Of a DNA stretch of 64,000 nt, positions 1 through 25,070 are shown one piece after another. Source of the DNA: Hormiphora californensis. Lineage: Eukaryota > Animalia > Ctenophora. Location: assembly GCA_020137815.1 (NCBI GenBank), contig CM035356.1, positions 5,084,001 through 5,148,000 of the forward strand. The letters are read 5' to 3'. The position numbers were made by a program, and so were the translations under genes. The notes below the pieces were generated by a model. The model was not told the DNA's origin, did not search any database, and was given only the letters and a program-made list of their open reading frames with translations. The stretch's first letter is position 1. Each line of letters begins with the position of its first letter.

Positions 1-5299
<5,299 letters not shown>

Positions 5300-5561
5300 T
5301 GGACATCAACACTCACACTATACAACAATTGGGAGCTGGAGTTAGGGAATTTAGGAGGATTTAAATCATCGGAAAATATTTGGAATCAATAATCAAGAGA
5401 TTTGGAAAAGGGTGATAATTATAATATAATATGGTAATTTAAAAATTCACAACAGCATTATTAAAAAACGGACAAAACAGATTAAAAACGCCCCAAGTTC
5501 AGGCTTGAAGTTTGACCAACAGAACTGAAACTATTCTTGACAGTGTTTGATTTGTTTGTAT

Positions 5562-8500
5562 TCAATCAATGTAATCAAGCTCTTCAGGAATACCAAAGTT
5601 TTTCCCCATTTCTTTTGCTGGAATACCAAACTTGCTGGAACACCAACTCTGCACAGAGAAAATGTTGTCTGTCCATCGGTTGATTGCTTCCTTGCACGTC
5701 ACCAGTTCCTTCCTCTTTTGTTCTAGAAAAGAGATGGTAAAATGAGGTATTGGTACAATTGGGGTACTTGTGCTCCTTCCTGTTTGTTATTGTGACAGTG
5801 GACAGAATTCGGTATTAAACAAAGGGAAAAAAGAAATTTTGCCAAACAAATGTTTCACCCGTAAGGGATCTTCAGTGACAGCAAGAATTCGGTGTATTAC
5901 AATTATTGAACCTTACCTAAAACTTCTGGATCACAATCCTTATACTTCAGTACTTCTTCAGTGATTGCCTTTAACATTTTCTCCTTCACATCAACTTCCT
6001 CTAATAATGCTTTCCTTTTTTCTCCCTCCCCTCGGGTCTCCTTTGCTTCTTTCAACTTGGCATCTGTAATGAGGGTTTGATGGTGTTTTGAGATTTCGGA
6101 TTACTGTTCAAGTTGCCCGTCAACACTTGTCTAACTTGCCCCCCCCCCTCGTGTTACATTTACCGTTTTCCAATTTCCGCTTTTTAAACTGGGACACTTC
6201 TCCATCAAGCTCGGTGAGTTTTCGTTTTCGAGACATGACAGCCTGGGATGGGAAGCACCAGAAATAATTTGATGTCCCTATCTTTTCTGCACACACCTAG
6301 GAGGAGGGATTTTTAACACTTCACTAATAGTTCCTACGATATAAAGCTGGTCGTTCCTTATTGTGAAACTTGTTATCACGTCCAGCGTCCTTCTAGGATA
6401 AAGAAGAAAAAGAGATGATTTGATTCTATGCTATTGAATACTTGTGACACCATCTCTTTTAACAATTGAATACAGAGGTGTGATCTCCAAAAGAATGACT
6501 GGTTTTCGAGTTAATAACGTTAGACCGTCCTTCAAACAATAGAACAGAAAACTGGACCGCCAATAACCAGAACGGTTTCTCACCTCCATCTCTTGGTTAC
6601 TACACCTGCTCATTCCCCTCCTTCACGGTATAAATACCCCCACAGATCGAGCAGTAGACCAACCAACTACAAATCATCATGATCCTGTTCACTCTTCTGA
6701 TCGCTTCTGTCGCTGCCTTTGATAAGGACACCCTGTCCTCTGGACTGAGGTCCAGTGAGGGTCAGGTGAGGCTCTTCAACAAATGGATGAGCGAGAGTGG
6801 TGAGGCTTACGGACTGGCTGAGAAGAACTTTAGGTTCAGAATCTTCAGGTAATACCGTTAAAGGTTGACAAGATACCTAAAACTTTTCGTATATCGTCTT
6901 ATTTTGATTTATCATTAATTTTCAGCATTTTTTCAGAATTTTTTGTCGGCTAGAAATATGTGCAAAATAGGGGGTCTACTGACAAATGAGTGTGCCTTTT
7001 TTTAAATTGATAACGTAATATCTCCGGTTCCTGATGAGATACAGAAACCGTTTTGGTAGCGTTGGAAAGGTCTTGTTGAGACCAATCCAACGCAACCAAG
7101 ATCAAGTCTTTATCTTTTGAGGAACCGGAAACGTGAATTTCAATTTGCGAGACGCAGTGAGTGTGCCCAGTAAAACCAGTGCTGACAATATCGGTAGACC
7201 CCCTATTTCGAATTTTTTTTCTAGCCGACAAAAAATTCTGAAAAAATGCTGAAAATTAATGATAAATCAAAATAAGACGATATACGAAAAGTTTTAGGTA
7301 TCTTGTCAACCTTCAACTCAATAACACTATCAATGTATTCAGTCCCCAGTTGGTCAATGCGAATTGGCAAACTCTCACTCCCCCTCGCCTCATTGCTACC
7401 CCCCCCCCCTCCAGCCCCATCCCCCCAATTGTTAACCCCCTCCCTCCCCAGGGAGAACTTGAAGTACATTGTTGCTGAGAACGAGGCCCAGGAGGGATAC
7501 ACCCTTGATGTTAACTTCATGGCTGCCCTCACTCCCGAGGAGCAGAAACAATACTACGGAATCAACATCACCGCCCTGCCCCCGTTGAAGATGGCCCTCC
7601 CGCTGCTTCTGATGATGAGGCACCTGCGTAAGTGTCCGAACGTGCAAATACAATATATGAGGGATGTACACTGTACAGTCAGAGATATATATCTTTATAC
7701 CTTATTACAACCTCTCTTTGTAGACCTCATCATTACAACTTCTCTTTGCAGTGCTGATTCCAAGCTGTGGAGGGAGGAAGGAAAGGTCGCTGCCGTTCAG
7801 AGCCAGGGATCTTGTGGATCCTGCTGGGCTTTTGCCGGTATCGCCGCTACCGAGGGTCACTACGCCATCGCCACCAACGATCTGAAGAAGTTCTCCGAGC
7901 AGGAGTTCGTCGACTGTGCCTACACTAGTAAGTAGCTTAGTTAGTTACACTAGTAAGTAGCATTTTTTACTAGCCATATGGCCTACACTAGTAAGTAGCC
8001 CTTAAATTACTTGCCACTTAGTTAGCTACACTAATAAGTAGCTTCTTCATTTGCCACATAGGACCTTCACCAACTTAAAATACTCAATTCTCTCCCTGTA
8101 ACACCCGTAAGATAAATAGCTTTTTCACCGCAACATTTCCCATATATATCAGCTAATCCACACCCTAATCCACACCCTAATCCACACCCTCACTCTCTCT
8201 CAGACCGAGATGGCTGTAACGGAGGATGGTACTGGGATGCCTACAACAAAGTCCTCTCCAAACAGAGGCTTGCCCTTCTCTCTGACTACCGATACACTGC
8301 CCGATCAGGCAGGTGCCAGGGTGCTAGCAAACCCAACGGTCTTACCGGAGTCAAGTTCACCGGTACTGCCAAGACCAGCGGAGACGCCGCTCTCGCCACC
8401 GGCCTCGGCAAGGGACCTGTCGCCATGGCCTTTGAGATCAAGGGAGCATTCAACTACTACAAGAGCGGTGTTCTCTCCATCGAGAACTGTGGAAGGACCC

Positions 8501-9054
8501 CTCATCACGCCATGGCCGTTACCGGATACACCCCTGAGTTCTGGGAGATCAAGAATTCCTGGGGTACTCGATGGGGAGACCAAGGATACGTCCGGTTCTC
8601 CAGGAAGATCAAGAACATGTGTGGAGTTTCCAACTGGAACGCTTACCCCCAGCTTAGCAAGGGAGAACAAGAGGAATAAACGGATTGAAACTATAACTTT
8701 AAGTTAGAACTCTCATTATATGAGGTGTATTTGTGTTGTCTAAAATCAAAACAGTTAGTCATCATCTCCAGTCACTGACACACACACAGAGTCAAGATCT
8801 AACCCATGTTAACCCATGTTAACCCATATCATTTTAACACAATATGTTAACAACACATCTCCCCAGTCCCCACGTACCATGTCATCATCAACTAGGCTTT
8901 GTAGGATGTCCTTAACCGACATTGGAGTAATCCCCTTGGCTTTAGGACATATCTTCTCCAGCTCCTTTAATTGAAACACATCCTTTCTCTCGTAGAACAC
9001 CTCCATCATCCGGGTCCTCTTTTCTTCGACACTCAACCCCCGCTTCTTGGACAT
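5562..9054 (-). CDS. MND1: Meiotic nuclear division protein 1, 4 exons (8878-9054, ~6164-6296, ~5918-6064, 5562-~5722)
   Basis: [59 protein letters not shown]|[17 protein letters not shown]...[17 protein letters not shown]...[11 protein letters not shown]; GT-AG junctions. Confidence 0.95.
6629..6636 (+). promoter_or_regulatory. TATA box of the nested cathepsin
   Basis: TATAAATA ~50 nt upstream of ATG 6679. Confidence 0.6.
6679..8679 (+). CDS. Papain-family (C1A, cathepsin L-like) cysteine protease nested antisense in MND1 intron 1; 4 exons (6679-6848, 7452-7627, 7752-7927, 8204-8679); one-base frameshift near 7580
   Basis: Signal peptide [13 protein letters not shown]; ERFNIN-like prodomain ([20 protein letters not shown]); [40 protein letters not shown]. 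Exon phases only join if one C is added in the C-run at ~7579-7583. Confidence 0.9.
6862..7312. mobile_element. ~450-bp MITE, TTAA target, AGG termini (Kolobok-like); copy 1, in cathepsin intron 1
   Basis: ~95-bp TIRs AGGTTGACAAGATACC...GGTATCTTGTCAACCT; near-identical inverted copy at 17319-17768; right flank is TCAA. Confidence 0.85.
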
Positions 9055-9592
9055 GGTATCAGCTTTGTGTAGATAGTATTTCAGGGGGATTTTGTTCAAA
9101 TGGGGAATTTCATGGAGGAAATTAAAACAACTGGGGGTTGTGGTAAAACAAATTGATATAATACTAGTTTCGGATAAAAAATGGTTAACATTAACATGAA
9201 AACCCCACTCACGCAACAACTTGAACTGCTCGTCCCATTTTGAACGGGGGAAGAACAATTCAAGCATCACTGTTGCCTAAATCTCTTTAGAAAAGAGATT
9301 TACACACAAAAACACATGCTTTTAAGAATTGACTTTCAAGTACACAATATTATATTGCACTGTATAGGCTCAATAAAATGCTGTAAATCAAAAAAATATT
9401 GGCAAATTGAGCTAGAATAGAAGGATGGAAATGAAATCAGGGAAAACTGGAAAAAAGGATGGCAGTAGGATCAAATGTTGAAGACTAGAGGGAAAATAGG
9501 GCTTGAAAATGGGAGCTACCGGGTGTCATTGGCTGGGTGCCCTTAGGTGTAATGTCACAGAATTGATGAAGTTATGGGGTGCAAGATAGAGA

Positions 9593-9647
<55 letters not shown>

Positions 9648-9911
9648 AGAGAGAGAGAGAGAGAGAGAGAGAAAAGGGACTGAGAAAAGGGAACAGCAAA
9701 GAAATAGAGATAGAGAAAAGGGAAGATACTAACTAATGTGTTGCCATGGTACAACATACAATTCCAGCAGCTGATCATATTGTGGTAAATAGAGCACGTC
9801 CAAATCTAATTAAAAACAGTTTCACTTCCCAGATATTGTCCCAGAATTCCCGAGTAGCTCAGATGGACCCTTCCAGGGCATCCTGAATTAAATTGACCCT
9901 CCCAACCTGTG

Positions 9912-11135
9912 TTATATTATCGATTCGGGAAGCATCAAAGATTCATTTGCGATAATTTTAGCTAAATCCGTTAATTCCGTTAACTCTGACGGAGTTATTA
10001 AGTTTTCCGTTCTGATTTCCCTCCTATTAGCCACTCTGGTCGCCCCTCTGGGAGTGTAGACCCTCTTCCCCGGTTTAGGTGAGTGCACTGTCCTGAGGTG
10101 CCGCAACATCTCCTTCCTCCTCTTGAACCGTGTCGGACAGATCTCACACCCGTACTCCTTCGTATCATCATGAGTTATCATGTGATCCACCACCGTGCAC
10201 CTCCTGTACGATCTGAAATCACAGAACTTACACTTGAATGGCTTCTCCCCCGTGTGGAAATGTCTGATGTGTGACTCCAGGTCCCGCTTCGCAAAGTAAG
10301 CCTCCCCACACTCATCACACTTGAAGGACCTCTCCTTCTGGTGAACCCTCCTGATGTGGGCCTGGAGGTTAAACTTCTTGTTGGCACTGTATTCACACAT
10401 CTCACATTTGAAGGGTCTGAGGTTCTCATGTGTCATATTGTGCTCTCTCATCTTGCTACCCGAGAAGGTTGTGTAGTTACAGATATGACATTCCTTCAGA
10501 GGTCTCTCACCAGCCACACGAGTCTTCTTTGGTTTAGCTGCCGTGGTTACCACTTCAGGTTTTGATTGGTCCGGATCTGTTGCCATGGTTACCACTTTTT
10601 CTGTTGATTCTGTTGGTTCTTTAGTTGATTCTGTTAGTTCTTTAGTTGGTCGGAGAGTCATTTTGCCGGGTTGTGCTGGGATCAGTTGAATTGTTGGTAC
10701 CAATACCGCCGCATCAAACACTTCAGTTTTAAGCTTCCGTTCTTCTGGAGCAGTGTCTTGTTGCTCGGGAGCAGTGTTTTCTGATTCCAGAGCAGTGTTT
10801 TCTGATTCTGGAGCAGCGTTTACTTCTCCTAGAGCAGTGTTTTCTGACTCTGTTTGTGGGGCTCCACCGTCCTCTTTTTCCTTCTCTTTGGTAGGGGAGA
10901 CCGGTGGAATGTGATCTGGTGCTAGGGGAGCAGAGGAAACTGAGTTATCAGGTGAAACACTATCAGGTATGGTCCGAGTTGCGGAGGGAGAGAGTGGGGT
11001 ATCGGAGGGAGAGAGTGGGGTATCGGAGGGAGAGAGTGGGGTATCGGAGGGAGAGAGTGGGGCCTCCATACTAGGAGGGGTAGTAGGGGAGGTCGAATCC
11101 TCTTTTATATCCTCTACCATAGGATCTTCATCCAT
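9912..11135 (-). CDS. C2H2 zinc-finger protein (5 tandem fingers, low-complexity N-terminus), single coding exon
   Basis: 407-aa ORF with CxxC...HxxxH fingers, a TGEKPF linker, and SPSDTPL and ESENTA repeats. Confidence 0.9.
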   Translation of the reverse strand: MDEDPMVEDIKEDSTSPTTPPSMEAPLSPSDTPLSPSDTPLSPSDTPLSPSATRTIPDSVSPDNSVSSAPLAPDHIPPVSPTKEKEKEDGGAPQTESENTALGEVNAAPESENTALESENTAPEQQDTAPEERKLKTEVFDAAVLVPTIQLIPAQPGKMTLRPTKELTESTKEPTESTEKVVTMATDPDQSKPEVVTTAAKPKKTRVAGERPLKECHICNYTTFSGSKMREHNMTHENLRPFKCEMCEYSANKKFNLQAHIRRVHQKERSFKCDECGEAYFAKRDLESHIRHFHTGEKPFKCKFCDFRSYRRCTVVDHMITHDDTKEYGCEICPTRFKRRKEMLRHLRTVHSPKPGKRVYTPRGATRVANRREIRTENLITPSELTELTDLAKIIANESLMLPESII

Positions 11136-11750
11136 AGCTCTAGAGGGAAGATGATTTGTACTGATTAGAAACGATTATAAACGGGATGGAAACTGAATTG
11201 TTCATGCTGAATCTTGTTTCTATAACAACAATATAACCCGAGGGTTGAAAAAGGACACGTCAGAATATATTCTTATTAACAGATCAAATAAACAAGTTAT
11301 GTACACCAATAAAAACTATACAACATCAAGTAATAACCCATCTGACACTATACCAATCTGACAGTATATAATTGATATATAACTTGTGTATAAAATGTAC
11401 ACTCTGTGTATAAAATGTACACTCTGACAGTAAATAAATACATTTCTTGTGACACACCCAGACATGTACCTAACTAGGTGTGTAGGTGTAGATGCATCCC
11501 AGACATGTACTAGGTGTATAGCTCAATCTCCTAGTAAAGTTAGGTGTATAGCTCACTGGAGAATGTACATGTAATCTGTCAACGCACTCTTTCTCATAAC
11601 CCCATTCCTTAGTAACCCCTATAATATTCCTGTCTCTCTTTCCCACATAAATTACTACATGAGTAGAAAATGTGCATGCTCTACAAAAACCCTTGGTGAC
11701 TGGGGACCCATACTTCTCTCTCTGGTTGAGTTCATGGGATGATCATACTC

Positions 11751-11859
11751 CAGGAACCGACCGAATCAGGAAATACTGGTCCCTGATTGGCTGATAACCA
11801 GTCACGTGACCTAAATAACGAGTTCTGATTGGTTGTTTACTTGTTTCGGTCGGTTCCTG
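11751..11859. mobile_element. 109-bp hAT-type MITE in the KAP3 3' UTR
   Basis: TIR CAGGAACCGACCGAA / TTCGGTCGGTTCCTG; perfect 8-bp TSD TCATACTC (11743-11750 and 11860-11867). Confidence 0.9.
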
Positions 11860-11871
11860 TCATACTCTTTC

Positions 11872-19126
<7,255 letters not shown>

Positions 19127-20395
19127 TCCTAGAAAGTAAGGGACCAGTTACAGTTTCTAGAAAGTAAGATGAAATATAGTAGATGTATAGGCCTCTGCCC
19201 CGCGAGTTTTAGAAAATAAACGAAACTTTAAAGTTGAAATTGGCAAACGTTGCTGGCAGCGCTCAAAAGTTGAAAGTGAGGTTTTGAAAAATGGTGCCGC
19301 GATCAAAAACAATAGTGGAAGCTCTTACGGTAATTCCCACGCACCGTGGGAACATTTCCCACGCCGCGCCCTCTTTTCCCACGCTTTGCTTTCGACGCGC
19401 AAAAAATTATCGCGCGTGACGTCTAAAATGTTGAGGATGCAGTTGTCACCAACATTGGGCCAATTTGGGTAGCGCCGCGAGCATCGGAGCACTGCAGCAG
19501 GAGCACGTCACTGAGAATTTCGTTACAATCACACTGCACACACATGCCACATTGCATCAATGGATTGCATCATTGACGTTGGAACATCAATGAGGAACAG
19601 TTCGGTGGAAGGGAAACCAGTCCAAGAGTGCTGTCATGGCTGTAACCAGCCCCAGCGTCGTCTAATTACAACGATAAAGTATGAAAGTTTCACCCTCCAC
19701 CGAAACATTCCTAATTGATATATTGGGTACAAAATAAATATTCTTTGATTAGATGGATTTATAACAAATTGAACGCAAAGTTCTAAGAAGACAGATCACA
19801 AACAATTGTTAACTTTCTGGACACTACTTGACGATCACAATATATGTACATGTAATATTCTCAAAGAGTTTTGTTCAAACCCTAGAACATGGTAAAAAGA
19901 GTTCGTGATATCCTAATCTAACGATAATTATAGTCCTATAAATCTCAATTTACAGCAGCATCTTGTAGGGAATGCGGACAGTGACAGCTCCGTGTCTAAC
20001 TTTAGTAGACGTGTCCGATGTCCGTACCGTAGTTAGTCGAATTCCGTTATATTATTATGGGAAACGGGTCTAACGGCTGATTCAAGGCATCGATTTTAGA
20101 TACACATATCTTGTAGATGGGATGATATTAATCGTCTAGAGAGGGTGTTGTAACCAGTACTCGGCATAATCCTGGGAGGGGGAGGGAAGGTTAGTTAAAA
20201 GAGCGTCCAGTACCATGCTCCTTTTATAATTTGGTTTATCGACTATTCAAAAAGACAACCGTCTAGCTGAGAAAGAGACACAAATCATCTCTTCTGAGAA
20301 GGGATGATTTCAGTCTTCTCCGCTTCCTTCCTTATCTTAATGTGTCACATGGGGTGGGCCTCTATCAGAAATGACAAGAATCGATAATTTTGTAC

Positions 20396-22005
20396 CTCTC
20401 ATCTGGCCGGGATTCGAAGTGGCGGGGCAACTAAAATGTGGTTTGAATGGGAGCGTCTCTCATTATCTCTAGTGCTCGGTCGTGGGTACAGTTAGTCAGG
20501 ACCTGCAAGGAGAGCTGTTATTACATATCTAGGTATGTATGATTGTGTAAAAATTCCCTCTTATTCCCTCTCCTGAATTCCCCTCGACAATGTTCTCGCG
20601 GCGTGGTGAAGCAGGGTGGAACAAGACAATCAGGTTCAGTACTCACCAGCTACACTGAGCAGTGTATCCTTAGGTATAATCTCAGTCGCCACTGCAGGAC
20701 TACTCAACACCCTGATACAGCCCTGGAGTGTGTCGCTACCTCCCTGAATCAGAATGCAGAATGGTGATGCCAAGAGCCTGCCGAACTATTGTCACCGTCA
20801 CTATTTGTTCGTAGTGTAGAGTTTTACTGATCGTCAAACCTAGAGGATGAACAGGGTTTAGAGAGATCTGCACTCGGTATCAGGGGAGTGTGAGCAGGTT
20901 GTTATGTTCTGAGTTCTGACCCTCCTAAAAATTTGTAAACACACACAACAAGAATCCCATTCAAAAGAAAGACTATGAAATGCTCTCTCTCTCTCTCCAT
21001 CTCCATCTCCATCTCCATCTCCATCTCCATCTCCATCTCCATCTCCATCTCCATCTCCATCTCCATCTCCATCTCCATCTCCATCTCCATCTCCATCTCC
21101 ATCTCCATCTCCATCTCCATCTCCATCTCCATCTCCATCTCCATCTCCATCTCCATCTCCATCTCCATCTCCATCTCCATCTCCATCTCCATCTCCATCT
21201 CCATCTCCATCTCCATCTCCATCTCCATCTCCATCTCCATCTCCATCTCCATCTCCATCTCCATCTCCATCTCCATCTCCATCTCCATCTCCATCTCCAT
21301 CTCCATCTCCATCTCCATCTCCATCTCCATCTCCATCTCCATCTCCATCTCCATCTCCATCTCCATCTCCATCTCCATCTCCATCTCCATCTCCATCTCC
21401 ATCTCCATCTCCATCTCCATCTCCATCTCCATCTCCATCTCCATCTCCATCTCCATCTCCATCTCCATCTCGGTAACGAAGTTACCCCTCCCTTGCCGGC
21501 GCGTGAAGCGCGCCGAACGAAGCCGGCTGAGTGTGAGGTGTCTTGGATACCAAATCTCCATCTCCATCTCCATCTCCATCTCCATCTCCATCTCCATCTC
21601 CATCTCCATCTCCATCTCCCTCCCTACTCACGGCGGAGTAAATTTTCAGCTACTATAGTGTAACTTAGCCTACAGTGCAACAAGGTCGAACAAGGCAAGG
21701 CAGGGGGTGTGATTTGATCGATACTGTAACTGGTAAGAGATTATAGCAAGTAGCAACGTGTGATCTGAAACTTACTCATGAGTGGTAAGTGCACTGCTAT
21801 CTCCATCCCCGATATTAAAGAGCATCTCCAGCTCTGCATCGGATGGGGGCACTGGACAAGATTGGCATTCATTACAGTTAGTCGGACCCTATTCTTGCAT
21901 TGTCGTAGTAGGCTGCCTGTTCGAATGATAGGCCACTAACGGGGACATCGTTTATTGCAGGGACAACGTCACCCGACCGGAGACGGCCATCTTGGTATAT
22001 TAGAC
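20396..22005 (-). pseudogene. Decayed multi-PDZ gene fragment (exon-like blocks 21776-22005, 20647-20839, 20396-20502)
   Basis: GLIYQDGRLRSGDVVPAINDVPVSGLSFEQAA/LLRQCKNRVRLTV; ALGITI/IQGGSDT...SPAV...PKDTLLSVAG; LTNCTHDRALEIMRDAP. These are PDZ motifs with intact AG/GT edges but several frameshifts and a stop. Confidence 0.7.
20995..21617. repeat. (ATCTCC)n hexanucleotide microsatellite interrupted by ~85 bp of unique sequence
   Basis: Direct reading; it produces the spurious (ME)n, (IS)n and (HL)n ORFs. Confidence 0.95.
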
Positions 22006-22312
22006 CTGGGGGAAGAGGTGAGGTCAGTCAAGACTAGATCTGGTGAAGAGAGGATCAGGACCTGGTGATGGATATGTAATCAATAAACCTGGGTTTATAT
22101 GTAGCGGGTCACTATACTAGGGTGATTCGCTGCACCATATACTGCCCGACCTGCGAAGCAGGGAGGGTGGTATATGGTATAAAACCCTACCAAAGGGAGG
22201 GGTTTATACTTTATATAAGCAAGGATTTATTGATTATAAGTTTTAGCGGCAAAAACATCCTTGCTTTTAATAGCGGGCGGGGTGTATCAGACAAATTTTC
22301 ACCCGCTGACAT

Positions 22313-22802
22313 CAGGGCCCACGACACCGGGGGGGCCAGGGGGGGCCGGGCCCCTCCTGGGATTTACGAAACATGGAAATTTTATTGAAATATTTCGTAG
22401 AGAATGTAAAAAATGCATGAAAATCAGTTTAAATTTCTTAATTTTTCGGGGGCTTCGCCCCCTTCAAGGCATATATATACAAGTTCTACGTGCCTCAAAT
22501 GAGTGAAAATCGGTTAAAAAGTCTAAATTTTTACCCCTTGACCCCATTGGGAGCCTACGGCCTCCAAACCCCCTGCCGCTGCTCTTCCGGTGCTCCCTTC
22601 AAGACATACAGGTTCTACGTAAACAGAAAGAAGGTGGAGATGGACTTCTAAATGCCTAAAATGTTTGAAAATCGGATAAAACGTCTAAAATTTTTCCGGG
22701 GGCTTTGCCCCCTAGACCCCCACCAGGGGCTTCACCCCTGGACCCCATTGGGGGCCTGCGGCCCGCCCTCAAAACTACCCCCCTGGCCGTGTCTGGGCCC
22801 TG
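22313..22802. mobile_element. Probable degenerate hAT-like non-autonomous element
   Basis: Ends CAGGGCCC...GGGCCCTG; internal GGGGCTT(C/T)GCCCC and GACCCCATTGG repeats; no clear TSD. Confidence 0.45.
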
Positions 22803-24487
22803 GCTCGGGGGTCGTCGTGCTCCTGCACCCCCTTACAAATTCAGCCAAACACCAAAAAAGTATACAACATAAAAACTGCGTTTCTGGCCGCGCTTGGGGG
22901 GGGGGGGGGGGGAACCCAAATGGCAACATGTGCGCTTGCCAGCGCAGTGACCCAATGCTTTGTAGAATAATGTTTTTTTTCTCTATTTTTGCCACCTAAG
23001 ATCGTCCATTCAGATCCCAGTAGTCACCATTCCTTGCACCGCCACCCACCCCCCCCCCCGACGCACACCGCGCCTCTTGTACTGACCATCTTTTCTCTCT
23101 CTCACTCTCTCCCTCTCTCTCTCTCTATCTCTCTCTTCCTTCCCCTTCTCTCTCTCATACACATAGAACTTCTATATGAGTGGTAGCAAGCAGGGAGAAG
23201 GAGCTGTAGACACAAGCATACAGGCATCTCTCCTTCTCTATCTTATTCCTTTACTCTCTTATTCCTTTCTCTTACTCCTTACTCCTTCTCTATCTCTTAT
23301 TCCTTTACTCCTCTCGCTTTCTTTCCCAATTAAACACAGGACTGTCGAGACCAATCTAATCTTTTTTGACACCCACACCACCAGAAACATAGCCTATTTA
23401 CAGCAAGAATGAGACGAAGAGACCCCCCCAGCCGTCAGCGCCCCTTAGTAGTAGGGGCGGTAAGCCAGACAAGATAGTCAACATGCCATGTCTAAGATGG
23501 TCTAAGATGTTTAGAAGTCTGATACTTTCTCTCATTTAAAATCATTACACCATATATGGTAGTGTAACATGTGTGTGTGTAACATGTGTGTGTAACATGT
23601 GTGCGTAACATGAGTTATGTGTGAGGTTGCATCAAACGACCCATGAATCATGATTTCTAAACTGTTTGATCAGGAAGCCTATTTTTTTTGCATTAGCGAT
23701 CATTAGTCATTACATAACTATTAACTTTGCTGTTTGAGTCAAGTGTCACCAGTGTCACCATCAAAAAAGGGATTTAAGAAGGGATGCTAGTGTGTGTGTA
23801 ACATTCATCTAATATAGTGCATGAGAAATAATGGCTCAGGTAGAATTGTACGTGGGCAGCAGCGTTTCATTAATTACTACACGCACACTTCCAGATACTA
23901 CGTTGCTTTCAATAATTTACCTTCCTATAAATTTGTCGACTGTCGGAATTTTATTTCTACCTCTCTCTCTCTTTCTCTAAAAAGAGAGCATAGTTCTCGC
24001 TACCTCTCTCTCTGACACTGTGACGCTCTGCAGTATATCTCTCTCTGTTGTCCACTTAGCTCCAGGAAGTACACAGAGACAGACTCGCTCCAGACACCAA
24101 CAAGAAGAATACATTGGGTCTGTAGATCAAATGTAGCTACACGATCAAAGAGGGAAAAATAAAATTTATGTTTTGCTGATGATAATTACCAAAATGTAAT
24201 TAATCATTACCAACTTACCAAAATATTCCTTGATTGTTTCAGCACTAGTCCGGTACTTACTTGGTTACTATAGCAACTGCCTTGGTTACCATAGCAACTA
24301 ATGGTACTTACCAAAATATTCCTTGATTGTTTCAGCACTAGTTCGGTACTTACTTGGTTACCATGGCAACTGCCTTGGTACTAATGGTACTTACCAAAAT
24401 ATTCCTTGATTGTTTCAGCACTAGTCCGGTACTTACTTGGTTACCATAGCAACTACCTTGGTTACCATAGCAACTAATGGTACTTAC

Positions 24488-24605
24488 CAAAATATTCCTT
24501 GATTGTTTCAGCACTAGTTCGGTAGTTGAGCATCCTCACTATGATCTTTCGGCAGTCGGCGCCTTCCGATTCAAAGTAGGGGTCATCTGAGCTTGTAGAT
24601 GCCAT
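24488..24605 (-). CDS. First exon of an RRM (hnRNP A/Musashi-like) protein; downstream exons not found, possibly a fragment
   Basis: MASTSSDDPYFESEGADCRKIIVRMLNYRTSAETIKEYF(G)|GTAAGT resembles RNP2 plus helix 1; acceptor TTAG directly before the ATG. Confidence 0.55.
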
Positions 24606-24866
24606 GCTAATAACAGAGGGGTGTTATAAATAACAGGGTAACTAATCGGGTAACTAACAGGGTGAGACAGGTAGTAGGGTCACGGGGTTTATATAGAATT
24701 CAGGTTGACCGCCAGCAATTAGGGATTATTTCGGATTGAGTATAGATCATGTGACGTGGGTCGTGGGCCGTGAATTATGCAGAAGACCGAAGAGGACAAA
24801 CTCAAAAGAGTAAAAACAAAATACTTGGTCAAATGAGGAAAGTGGAAGGGAGAGAGGGAAAGGGAG

Positions 24867-24915
<49 letters not shown>

Positions 24916-25012
24916 GAGAGTGAGAGATGAGAGAGAAGACTCTAGAGAGAGGGAGAGAGGAGAGAGAGACGAGAGAGAGAGAACGAGAGAGAGAGAGAAG
25001 AGAGAGAGGAAG

Positions 25013-25070
<58 letters not shown>

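Noticed and set aside
8210-8707. Alternative-frame and antisense ORFs over the cathepsin, KAP3, NUP93 and LINE sequences
   Set aside because: Shadow ORFs of real coding sequence
20902-21663. ORFs of (ME)n, (IS)n and (HL)n, and the many SLSL/ERER/QRQR ORFs elsewhere
   Set aside because: Translations of microsatellites
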